Source of the DNA: Octopus bimaculoides
Taxonomy: Eukaryota
Direction of reading: 5' to 3'
Assembly: GCF_001194135.2 (NCBI RefSeq)
Contig: NC_068982.1
Span: 57,407,412 to 57,445,648, forward strand
Length of the DNA: 38,237 nucleotides
Part shown: positions 1-11,684 of the stretch, piece by piece
Numbering within the stretch: the first letter of the stretch is position 1
How the letters are laid out: each line of letters opens with the position of its first letter
The notes under the pieces: generated by a model
Seen by the model: only the letters and a program-made list of their open reading frames with translations
Databases searched by the model: none
Told to the model about the DNA's origin: nothing
Translations under genes and position numbers: made by a program

Positions 1-53
<53 letters not shown>

Positions 54-80
54 GTGTGTGCGTGTCTGTAATGAGTGTGT

Positions 81-118
<38 letters not shown>

Positions 119-160
119 GAGAGAGAGTAAGTAAGAGAGAGACAGAGAGAGAGACTGAGA
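1..160. repeat. Compound microsatellite (TAGA)n, (GT)n, (GA)n
   Basis: (TAGA)13 at 1-52, followed by TG and GA dinucleotide runs, read directly. Confidence 0.95.
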
Positions 161-477
161 ATGTATGAATATACTCGTGAAACGAAGCTGAAATTTAATG
201 TAATTGATTCATACCAACAATTTCATATACACCCACTGTTGTGGGAACATGCAATCATTTCAGTTGTGAATTAACACACCTCTACCTATTATTCAGTTAA
301 CCCACGAAGAAATGAGGTTCTGGGCAAAAATACATCTTTATAAGGCAACATGGTCTTTTGATCAGCCTACAAGTTATAAATCTCCAAGTGACGGCAGAGG
401 GCATTAATCGTATGCATATAACTATTCTTTACAACATACATTGAGTTCTCTTTCTCTTACATTTTATGCACGAGATT

Positions 478-515
<38 letters not shown>

Positions 516-689
516 CATATATATATANNNNNNNNNNNNNNNNNNNNNNNNNNNNNNNNNNNNNNNNNNNNNNNNNNNNNNNNNNNNNNNNNNNNNNNNN
601 NNNNNNNNNNNNNNNNNNNNNNNNNNNNNNNNNNNNNNNNNNNNNNNNNNNNNNNNNNNNNNNNNNNNNNNNNNNNNNNNNNNNATATA

Positions 690-825
690 ATTGTTAAAGA
701 GGACAACAAACGTGAAGACAAGGCAAACATCTCAAGTCATATACATTATTATTATTGGAACAAATTCAAAGTATATGACTTGAGATGTTTGCCTTGCCTT
801 AACGTTTGTTGTCCTCTTTAACAAT
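690..825. repeat. Near-perfect inverted repeat (55-bp arms, 26-nt spacer)
   Basis: 690-744 matches the reverse complement of 771-825 at 53/55 positions. The spacer is ATTATTATTATTGGAACAAATTCAAA. The left arm abuts (TA)n and a gap. Confidence 0.92.
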
Positions 826-989
826 CATATATCCACTGCATCGGAAATTAGCAATGGCTCCATAACTACCGTCTTGACTATAACCTTGGAGACCTAGTAA
901 TCCGTTACAGCACCTATCTTGCGTACCTAATCGTTTAGATCATCTGTGAACTACACCCCCATACATTGTATATATATATATATTTTTTT

Positions 990-1135
990 TTTTTCTGTGT
1001 TCCTTTCTGTGGAAGAGCGTAGGCTCGAAACATTAAAGACTTTTTCACTTCCCGAGTATTATACTAATACATCAGTTTGTTTTCTACACCACCTTCCTTC
1101 GTCTTTTGTTGTTGTTTTTTTAATTCTCCCTATAT
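990..1135 (+). mobile_element. Short (TA)n-embedded element carrying a degenerate minimal hammerhead-like motif (putative Penelope-like terminal repeat)
   Basis: CTTT-CTGTGGAA-GAGC-GTAG-GCTC-GAAAC-ATT-AAAG at 1003-1038, with TA runs on both sides. The PLE assignment is inferred from the motif architecture. Confidence 0.5.
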
Positions 1136-1140
1136 ATATC

Positions 1141-1210
<70 letters not shown>
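1141..1210. repeat. (TAGA)n microsatellite
   Basis: Uninterrupted tetranucleotide run. Confidence 0.97.
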
Positions 1211-1357
1211 TTAAAATAAAAACTTTCGTTGTAGTGTCATCAACGTGCTGCAAAAAGTGGATGATACATGACGACGACGATATATGCTGCAAGTATCCGT
1301 TTGCATGTACATGCGTAGTGTTGCATGCAAGAGAAATAAGTAATGTAACGTATTGTC

Positions 1358-1578
1358 GTGGAGGCACACGGCTTAGTGGTTAGGGTTTTTGACTCATGAT
1401 CGTGCGATTGTGGTTTCGATTCCGAGACTGGGTGATGCGTTGTGTTCTTGAGCAAAACACTTCATTTCGCGCTACTCTAGTTTACTCAGCTGACAAAAAT
1501 GAGTAATACTGCGATGGACCGGCGTCCTGTCCAGGTGGGGAATATATATGTCAAGGAAACTGATGAAATCGGCCCTAT
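1358..1578 (+). mobile_element. tRNA-derived SINE with CORE-like domain (OR2-like)
   Basis: A-box-like GGCTTAGTGG and B-box GTTTCGATTCC, then TTCTTGAGCAAAACACTT...CTCAGCTG...AAATGAGTA, resembling the CORE domain. The family name is inferred. Confidence 0.75.
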
Positions 1579-1591
1579 CGGATCTTTGTGT

Positions 1592-2504
1592 TATTTGAGT
1601 GTATTGTAACAAATTCGTTCGTTTCTTTTCAATGTTATTTGAATTGACGTGAAAATATTATCATAGTATAGTTGGGTGTTTTACAGTTGTATTTCGCCCA
1701 AAGAACTTTCGTTTATTGTTTTTTAAATTTGAATAAATTTTACCTCTTGTCAAACATATGACAATAGAATGCAAAGTAGGGAAAAGATTTAGCATGTTCG
1801 ATACCTACTTCTCTTCGTTTTCTATCAAGGTTCCAAAGCTGACAAATATGCCCCAGACATTTGTGATGTTTAGGGAAAAGGCTCTATTACTGAAAGAACT
1901 GCAAAGAAATGGTTTTTATGCTTCAAGAAGGGAAGATTCGACCTAACAGACTCTCCGCGCATCCTGGACAACCTGTTCAGTTCAATGAGGATCAATTTAA
2001 CGAGCCTATCCTCGAAGATTTGCACCAGTCCTCTAGAAAATTAGTCTACCTGATGGGATGATCGCATGTTACTGTCATGTGTCACCTTCACTTGATGGGC
2101 AATCCAGTTGAAACACCAGCATCTCGGCGTACTTGTTCAATACAACAAAGTTTGCCCCCAACTCGAAATTTTGATCAACAGTGCGCTTAAAGAGCTCTGT
2201 TGGAATTTTCTATCACACCCGCCGTATTATCCTGATATAGCGCCTTCAAATTATTTCCTTTTGTGGTCGCTCTCCAACTGTTCGCGAGGCGTTTTGACGT
2301 GGAGCTGAAAATGTGTTTCGATGAATTCTTCAATTAAAGACCAGGAGATTTCCAGGCATTGATAACCTAGTGGAATGTTGGTAAGATGTCGTGAAAAATA
2401 AAGGAGATTGTATTATTGACCGATATGTTAAAAGTGTTAATGAAAAATAAGTTTTATAATATATAGAGAAAAAAAGAAAAACGAATTTTTCAGAGAATCC
2501 AATA
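1592..2504 (+). mobile_element. Degenerate, internally deleted Tc1/mariner (mariner-type) DNA transposon
   Basis: Contains transposase remnants. Degenerate TIRs at about 1592-1630 (TATT..AAATTCGTT..TTTCTTTT) and 2471-2504 (reverse complement TATTGGATTCTCTGAAAAATTCGTTTTTCTTTT). Confidence 0.8.
1763..2420 (+). pseudogene. Mariner transposase pseudogene
   Basis: With frameshifts and stops: HVRYLLLFVFYQGSKA..DICDV*GKGSITERTAKKWFLCFKKGRFDLTDSPR / GQPVQFNEDQFNE..SRKLV..VMCHLHLMG (HTH region), then LKELCWNFLSHPPYYPDIAPSNYFL (YSPDL(A)P motif) and C-terminal DNLVECW*DVVKNKGDCIID. Confidence 0.88.
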
Positions 2505-3294
2505 TTCTGTTAAACTATTAATGTGATAAAATGTACTGTAAAAATTAGAAATAATAATCGTTTAGATGTATTATAATCCCACTTATGAACAGAATAAAAT
2601 ATATGAGTTTCGTTAACTCGCATATTTATTCTAAATGCGTTCGAGAGTTGCAGCAAATTCGAATGCAAAATATCTTAATCGCTGTTGTGCACATCACCTG
2701 TAACGACAATGTATTCATAACACGCCCGACTCTTTGGTGCAAAAGATTGTGGTACACCGGTATTTTGACGCGTTTCGTCAGTAAAAAGAACCCCTGGACC
2801 TTTGAGTCTAAACAAGAACGGGTGATTTTTGACGATATCTTCAATGAAAAGACAGTTTTATGATCAGTGCTGATATAACAGTTTCGGTGTAAATCTATAT
2901 TTAATTACAATTATGGTATCCTAAAAGATTGCCCTATGATCGTACTATCATAGTTGGGATGGCATTGTTAATAAAATTAATGTAAATTTTAGTGTAAAAA
3001 CACTTTTTAATTTAGGCAGACAAAAACACGAATATGCAAATTAAGTTATTCACTACGGTGATAAATTAATTTTTGATTCCTGTAAATTCCATTGATTGAC
3101 GGAGAAAACCGAGTACGGCAGGTTGGAAATCTGTCAGAAAACCGAAAAAATGTCTGCCAGTAGACTTCTCCATATGTACCGCACATCAAAAGCAATAACA
3201 GGAATGAGTTTACATTCTTATTTCCCCCACAACAAGGCTTTGCAATATATTCATATGTATTGCACTTCTGATTTACACGGTGTCGTGCATAACA

Positions 3295-3344
<50 letters not shown>

Positions 3345-3702
3345 NNNNNNNNNNNNNNNNNNNNNNNNNNNNNNNNNNNNNNNNNNNNNNNNNNNNNNNN
3401 NNNNNNNNNNNNNNNNNNNNNNNNNNNNNNNNNNNNNNNNNNNNNNNNNNNNNNNNNNNNNNNNNNNNNNNNNNNNNNNNNNNNNNNNNNNNNNNNNNNN
3501 NNNNNNNNNNNNNNNNNNNNNNNNNNNNNNNNNNNNNNNNNNNNNNNNNNNNNNNNNNNNNNNNNNNNNNNNNNNNNNNNNNNNNNNNNNNNNNNNNNNN
3601 NNNNNNNNNNNNNNNNNNNNNNNNNNNNNNNNNNNNNNNNNNNNNNNNNNNNNNNNNNNNNNNNNNNNNNNNNNNNNNNNNNNNNNNNNNNNNNNNNNNN
3701 NN

Positions 3703-3742
<40 letters not shown>

Positions 3743-4124
3743 CGTTAATGGTTTTACTGGAGTCCATCCACATAATCCTTCCAAACAGAGTTGATTTATG
3801 AAATCTAAATACTGAATGTCTAGCTTGTGGCTACCTTTTAAAAGGATCACATCATTGGAATTAACATTATTGGAAACGGGTTGATGTATTTCCTACTCAC
3901 TGTTTTCTTTACGTATGTATGTTTGTATGTGCATGAATGTGCGTTATGCAACTGTGCGCAATAACGGATGGTGTAGTAGTAATAACTTCATGAGTAAAAT
4001 CTTTATTTATATTCTGACCGAGAATATATTCATGTATTTCATTGAAACCTGTTTTAACTTATAATGCTATGTCAGTGTTTTAGAAAGTATCCTTTATTAA
4101 ATATATTTTGAGTTTGAGTAATAT

Positions 4125-4780
4125 TAATTTCAAATTTTGGCCTAGGGTCAGCAATTTTCGGGGAAGGAGAAAGTCGAATGTTCAACTGATACTCATTTTA
4201 TTGACCACTGAAAGGATTGAAAGGTGTAGTCGACTTCGGTTGAATTTGAGCTCAGAACATAAAGACGAATGAAACGTCGTTAAGCATTTTGACCAGCATA
4301 CTAACGATTCTTATTTCTTTATTGCTCACAAGGGGCTAAACATAGAGGGGGGCAAACAAGGACAGACAAAGGGATAAAGTCGATTACATCGACCTCAGTA
4401 CGTAACTGGTACTTAATTTATCGACCCCGAAAAGATGAAAGGCAAAGTCGACCTCGGCGGAATTTGAACTCAGAACGTAACGGCAGACGAAATACAGCTA
4501 AGCATTTCGCCCGGCGTGCTAACGATTCTACCAGCTCGCTTCCCTATTTCTGTCTGGTTATATCGATTTCAAATTTTTGCACAAGACCAGCAATTTCGGT
4601 AGTTGGGGAGTAAGTCGATCACATCGACTCCTGTGTTCAACTGGTACTTATTTTATCGACCCGAAAGGATGAAAGGCAAAGTCGACCTCGGTGGAATTTG
4701 AACTCACAAAGTAAAGACGGACGAAATTCTGCAAGGCAGTTTGTCCGGAGTGCTAATGGTTCTGCCAGCTCACCACCCTA
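4125..4780 (-). mobile_element. Cluster of three octopus-type SINE bodies (AAGGCGGCGAGCTGGCAGAA family)
   Basis: The reverse complement contains GCGAGCTGG(T/C)AGAATCGTTAGCAC...GTCGACTTTGCCTTTCATC...GTCGATAAA..AAGTACCAGTT. A young copy lies at about 4311-4545, with older copies at about 4125-4311 and 4565-4780. Confidence 0.85.
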
Positions 4781-4873
4781 TTTTCTGTCTGTGATATTGA
4801 CATTAGAAGTTTTGTATTACATAGTATTTTCTTTTGTCGATTAATTCAAACTTCCTTCGGTCATTGAACTGAG

Positions 4874-4970
4874 GCCTTGGTGGGCACCGCCTTGGTGGGC
4901 ACCGCCTTGGTGGGCACCGCCTTGGTGGGCACCGCCTTGGTGGGCACCGCCTTGGTGGGCACCGCCTTGG
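4874..4970. repeat. 15-bp minisatellite (GCCTTGGTGGGCACC) x6 plus a partial copy
   Basis: Six identical units at 4874-4963, then GCCTTGG. Confidence 0.97.
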
Positions 4971-5160
4971 CGGGGGTCTAGTCGGACAAATCGGTCCTAT
5001 TACTAATTTTTTAAAGTCTGGTACTTATTCTGTCAGCCTCTTCTTACCAAACCGCTATGTTACGGAAATTTAAGCAAATCAACATCGGTTGTCAAGCGGC
5101 AGTAGAGGACAAACACGCACACACACACATACACACACACACACACTTACACACACACAG

Positions 5161-5383
5161 GTAGGAGCAAGTAGCTTAATGAGACTGCGACTTCGATTCC
5201 TAGAGCGAGTCAAACGTGCTCTTCAATAAAGGACTTCATTTCATGTTACTCTATTCCACTCAGATGGTAAAGATAAATAATACTGCGACGAAGTGCCGTA
5301 CTATCCAGGGTGGGTGTGAATATGTACGCAACAGAATATCCGGGAAGTAAAACCGGTCCTTTGCTAAGGAAGGACCTTTGATC

Positions 5384-5385
<2 letters not shown>
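5161..5385 (+). mobile_element. Degraded CORE-like SINE nested in a (CA)n tract
   Basis: TTCGATTCC B-box remnant and ACTTCATTTC..TACTCTA..CACTCAG..AATACTGCGA, similar to 1358-1578. Confidence 0.55.
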
Positions 5386-5441
<56 letters not shown>

Positions 5442-5449
5442 TACACACA

Positions 5450-5517
<68 letters not shown>

Positions 5518-6179
5518 TGTATGTATATATATATAGGACAAGCTTTTTACAGTTTCAGTCAGCCAAAATCCACTCAAACGACTTTGGTTGGTTTGAGGCT
5601 ACAGTAGAAAACACTTACCCAAGATGCCATGCAATGGAATTGAACCCGAAGCTATTTAGTTGGGAAGTAAACTTCTGAACACACAGCCAGGCCTGCGCCT
5701 ATTCACTCTGCTACATTCGTTTCTATTCTTTTCTTATTTTCTCTTCAAAATACAACCGAACTCTGAATGATTAACTTCTCAACGAGGAGAAATGTTTGTA
5801 AAATTCGCTGCGTTAGGTGTAAATATATAAAAATATCCCCAAGAAAGTTATTAGATAAATCATATCATGCGACAATAGATAACATATATCACCTAATAAA
5901 TACATTTAAATGGTAAGGTACGTTACCTGATGTTTAAAACTGAAAACATCGATCAAATATTACAATTGTTATCAGGAAAAAAAAACACAAAAGCACAAGA
6001 TTGTAAAGGGAAATAGATAAGATGTCTTGATTATGGCTAAGTTATGTATCAGTTACTGTAATTTTCTTGTCATAGCTGGAAGCATATTATCTTATCAGTA
6101 TTAATGTTCTTCAAGCAGATTACAGCATATTGAAAGGTTTGATATTTGTTTCCGATATTAGAATATATCGTCTTTGAAA

Positions 6180-6455
6180 TATTGCTAGATGGCTCATTAT
6201 ACGGCATATACATTTCTTACCATCGTCCTATCCATCACATCTGGAAATAGAGAGTTTCTATCCGGTCTTTCCAGATGCTAAAATTAACAGCCAGATCTCA
6301 CTTAAATTATGTCGCCTTAAAAGATAGGGGATGCGTAAAATAAGGTAGAGCTAGATAGGCTTTCTGGAAGGAAAAGTCGTACTGTTCATAGCTGGAATAC
6401 GTTGACAATTGGATTGGTCAACTTGGGTTGACATGGTGTTAAAGAATAACAGCAA
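6180..6455 (+). mobile_element. Old interspersed repeat (SINE-like), family also at about 16255-16515, 16640-16860 and 26890-27090
   Basis: Shared motifs (G)CTA(G/A)AA(A/T)T..CAGC..AATCTC..CAAA and a 3' end GCTGGA..(C)TTT..GACTTGGG..TAAA..ACAACA; copies are strongly diverged. Confidence 0.5.
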
Positions 6456-7489
6456 TTCCATTCCAACTGATATATCAAGTCATTATTTCAGTTTTATTTC
6501 ACAACTGACTAATTCTTTGGGTGTCCAGCGCTGGTATCTCGGAAATTATTGAAGCTACTTCAGTTATTGGTGTAAACAGTTGCACATTAAACAAAATTAC
6601 ACACGATACGTACCAATTCTTTTAAAAAAGATAAACTAGCCTTTGTAAAACATTAAAAGAAAAGGTTTATTTCATTTTTAATTCTGAAGTTAGTTGTATA
6701 TTGATTTCTTAGAGACACAAGTCCTCAAATTTTATCAGAGAACAGAGTTAAGAACAATCTCAGTATTTGATCGATACTTTATTTTATTTACCACAGAAGG
6801 ATTAAAGGTAGCATTAACCTCAGGGTGATTTGAGCTCAGATCAGTACTGAGCATAAAACTAATTACAGAGGTAAATATTATGCTAAGTTACTTACGTGGC
6901 GGCGATATATTGATTAATCTTGTAACACCTGAATGATGGATCATGTGTAAATCTAAAGCCAGTTGTACGAAACACGAAATGCGACATAGTGAATTACTCG
7001 CGTATATAACAACGCCATGTCTTTCATTAGAAATCATACGAAAAACATGAGAGATAGCATGAAGTTCAACGGACCCCAGTCTCACTGAGATTCATTCTGG
7101 TTGTTTACAAAACTGATCATAAAGACATTGTGCTGTACGAGGCGAAGGATTTAGAGCCAGTTTATAATAGATAAGCAAAAGATAAGATTTTGAAAATTAC
7201 ATTAATGATCAATCATAGCTATATTCAGTAACCGTTGGATGCATTTTCTAATTGTTAGCATAAATAAATGTTTATGTGTACTTTTCGGATGTGATCAGTT
7301 TTAATACAACGAATAACAAGCAGACAGATCGCAGGCTGCTGAGATCCGAACTAGCTCGTGTGTTTTCACCTGTTTGTGGACGGGGCATCCTGTCTGTTCT
7401 TTGTGTTATTTTTTGAAGATTTATCTTATTTTAAGTATCATCTGTTTTATATAATCTGTGGTTTTAAGTTACATCCAGTTTGCATGGTC

Positions 7490-7975
<486 letters not shown>

Positions 7976-8869
7976 TGTATGACATCCATACCACAATTCT
8001 AACTTTGTTTTGTCAATACCCACATGTCATTGTATGGCGTTTATTGTGTTTACTATGTATGTATAAGTCCTTGTGGCCAATAAAGAAAAATATTATTGTT
8101 GATGTTGTAGTTGTAGTAATTGTTGTTGCTGTTTCATAAACAGTTAATTGTGATTCTTATGAAAAAACAATCATACACATTTGAAAGTTTCCTTTCTGGA
8201 ATAACATGTAAATCAAGGGAGAAGAAAATACGTGTTTTTCTTTCGGTTCTTCGTCTGATTTGAAATTAATATTTTAGGTGTTCCTTTTATTTTTTTCTTC
8301 TTCCTCTGGTTAATTCTTTTCATATGATGGAAAAGTTGATAACGAATTCGAACGCATCTGTGTATATGTGTGTGTGTGTACGTGTGTGTGTGTACGTGTG
8401 TGTGTGTGTGTGTGTGTGTATACGTGTGTGTGTGTGTGTGTTTGTGTGTGTGTTTGTGTGTGTTATAGATAGATGGAGAAATAGATAGATAGATAGATAG
8501 ATGGATAGATAGATAGAGGAATCGATATAAACAGATAATGAAATGGAAAGAAAATGACAAATCTATGCGTTGGATAAAAAACGATTTTGTTATTTCATAT
8601 GAAATGCTTTATGCGCGCGTTTGCTTATTTGTATCTGTTTTTGAGTTATTTTGTTTTACTTATATGTGAGTGCGTATTTGTTACTGACCATTTATATTTA
8701 TATTTATTAATGATGTGAGTTAAATCAAGATTTATTTGAATTATAATAGGAAATAAAGGAAAATATACGATAATAGCTTTGTTTTAAGTGTTCAGCTTTC
8801 GAGTATTTATTCGACAGTAACCATATTAAATGATGTAATTATTTACCTTCAAGAGAATCGGTGAAAACA

Positions 8870-9450
8870 ACTTGAATCGATCGTGGTAAAGCTACAGAAA
8901 AGGAATATTCGAAATGAATAGCAAAGAACGAGTAGAATAAAGAACGCACGCGTTGAGATGGCACAAAACAGAATGGAAAGGAAGACAATCGATTAGATTT
9001 GAGTATTGAAGAGTTTGCCTTCGTACAGGGGACAAAGGTTAGTTCGTGTTATTTCATATTAACATGGTTTAATCTTACCATATCGATTTCACGCTGACAA
9101 TTCCTCTATATTTCTCTAAATTAACAAACTAATTGATTGAAGAATCACGAATGCAGCATGCAGCCGACTGCGTAAGTTAATCCAAGAGTAATGTTGTCCA
9201 TATTGACTTGGATGCTTAGTATATTACTCGAACAGCATAACAGATGAAAAGAATGGAAGGAAAGGAGTCATCCGTGATATTTAGACTTATTAAAAATGGA
9301 CGAAGATATTTGAAATATTCCTACTGCTGTCGAAAACACTCTTTGAAACAACTCAATGAAATGATTAACTTTGGGAAAATATCGTAAACCGCAGGAGTTA
9401 TTGTGAATACAAAATTATAAACAATGTCATTTATACCATTAGATTTAAGT
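8870..9450 (+). pseudogene. Very old RTE-like LINE reverse-transcriptase relic
   Basis: Fragments RMERKTID / LSIEEFAFVQGTK resemble RTE RMERKID..ISEEQFGFR.GKGT, and KQLNEMINFGKIS*TAGVIVNTKL*TMSF resembles the post-YADD GL.IN..KTK.M region. Many stops; recognition by eye only. Confidence 0.35.
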
Positions 9451-10130
9451 GGAAAATGGCCAAACATCAACGGAAAGTATGAAAGAAGCTATGATAAAGA
9501 AAGAAGGAGGTGAAAAGAATAAGAATGAGGAAGGGAAAGGAAGAAAGTGTCTAAGAGGTCAAAATCAACAAATTTTAAGATCTCATTCGAATTGCAGATA
9601 AACTGAGAGCTGAAAATCGGATCTGCTACAGATGGAAACGAAATATTTTATGGCTTTATTATTAGAAAATATAATGATGACCTGACACATAAATCTAAGC
9701 TGCATACATCTACGATAATGGAGTCATATTTTAAGAGCAATTTCGTCGAAAGAAAGCAAAATTGTTATTATGGCGGAAAGCCAATTTATTAAACAATTCT
9801 ACTGGGAAGCATAATGTCCACCGTTCAACCCCAAGGGGCATCCATAAGCATAGCTAAATGACAATGTATAATTCTTTAGTAAATAAACCAGTAGCATGTA
9901 CTATGATTCTTGTTTGCTCTTTCATTTCTTTACGACCTCGCTTATCATCTCGATAAAGAGTCTAATTATTTTCTTAAGACACACTTGCAATATCACTGTG
10001 TGAAGAAAACACATTTTAGGAGATACGTTTTATGGACTATTATTTTTCCTAACGTGTAATGTCATAATAATAGATATTCGTTTGGCTATAAACTTCAAAT
10101 TAGAGAGCCGGAGATGCTGATGCAATTATA

Positions 10131-10164
<34 letters not shown>

Positions 10165-10174
10165 NNNNNNNNNN

Positions 10175-10211
<37 letters not shown>

Positions 10212-10504
10212 TGTATATTACCATGCACAAATTATTCATGGAGTATAGCTTTTATATGTACGCATGTGTATTCTATTGTGGTTTTTCGTACATAAATGCC
10301 GGCTACTCAAGAAGCAGTACTGCCAAAAAAACAAAAAAACAAAAAAGTAAACGCTATTATTATACCTCTAGAGAACGTGAAACCACCAACATCACTGATA
10401 ACGTCATCAGTAGATATTAAGAGAATTATCTAACTGGATATACCTCTTACTAATCTCTTTTGTTGTTTGTCACTTCAGCTGTCTGTTTTGTAATTATCTT
10501 TTAT

Positions 10505-10784
10505 CCTTTACTAGTTTCAGTCAATAGACCTCAGTCATGCTGGAGCACAGCCTTAGAGGGTTTAGCCGAACAAATCGATTCCAGTTTTTATTTTTTTTTT
10601 ATTTTTTATTAAAAAAAGCCTGGTATTTATTCCAGCGGTTACTTTGGCCGAAACGCTAAGTTAGGGGAAAGTAGAAAACCAACATTGATTGTTAGACGGT
10701 GGGGGACTAGCACAAACACAAATTCACATACATATACATTCATACCCACATATATATATATATGTATATATGTATGTGTATATA

Positions 10785-10827
<43 letters not shown>

Positions 10828-11335
10828 NNNNNNNNNNNNNNNNNNNNNNNNNNNNNNNNNNNNNNNNNNNNNNNNNNNNNNNNNNNNNNNNNNNNNNNNN
10901 NNNNNNNNNNNNNNNNNNNNNNNNNNNNNNNNNNNNNNNNNNNNNNNNNNNNNNNNNNNNNNNNNNNNNNNNNNNNNNNNNNNNNNNNNNNNNNNNNNNN
11001 NNNNNNNNNNNNNNNNNNNNNNNNNNNNNNNNNNNNNNNNNNNNNNNNNNNNNNNNNNNNNNNNNNNNNNNNNNNNNNNNNNNNNNNNNNNNNNNNNNNN
11101 NNNNNNNNNNNNNNNNNNNNNNNNNNNNNNNNNNNNNNNNNNNNNNNNNNNNNNNNNNNNNNNNNNNNNNNNNNNNNNNNNNNNNNNNNNNNNNNNNNNN
11201 NNNNNNNNNNNNNNNNNNNNNNNNNNNNNNNNNNNNNNNNNNNNNNNNNNNNNNNNNNNNNNNNNNNNNNNNNNNNNNNNNNNNNNNNNNNNNNNNNNNN
11301 NNNNNNNNNNNNNNNNNNNNNNNNNNNNNNNNNNN

Positions 11336-11393
<58 letters not shown>

Positions 11394-11495
11394 GTGTGCG
11401 TGTATGTGTGTGTGTGTATACCAGGGACCGCGCAGTTCGACTGAACCCCAAACCACGTGGTTGCAAAGTGAATATTTTTTAACCATATAGCCAAT
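10505..11495 (-). mobile_element. Microsatellite-containing SINE spanning a gap
   Basis: 3' half at about 10505-10710 (TTTCAGTCA..ATGCTGGAGCAC..CCTT..CGAACAAATCGA) and a truncated 5' piece at about 11415-11495, with microsatellite and N-run between. Confidence 0.6.
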
Positions 11496-11684
11496 AAAGT
11501 TATGAATTTCTTTGTCAGACACAAATATTAGTAACACAAACGTATGAAAACATCAGTATATTTCATAATATCTGATTTAGATTTTAGAAAACTAGTATAG
11601 AGGACTTTAGATTCACATGTTAGAGACAATTTCGTGATTTTGTTTCTTAACGAATATTTTGTGCGCAAATATTTTAACTCGTTA

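Larger units (their letters stand above)
4845..5700 (-). mobile_element. Octopus SINE with internal microsatellite, split by a nested SINE and carrying a 15-bp tandem expansion in its tail
   Basis: The 5' half at about 5535-5700 and 3' half at about 4845-5115 match the two halves of the intact copy at 7490-7975 in reverse orientation. Confidence 0.7.

Noticed and set aside
4874-4970. CRISPR-like regular repeats (also 34289-34390)
   Set aside because: Contiguous tandem units with no spacers, in a eukaryotic context with no cas genes.
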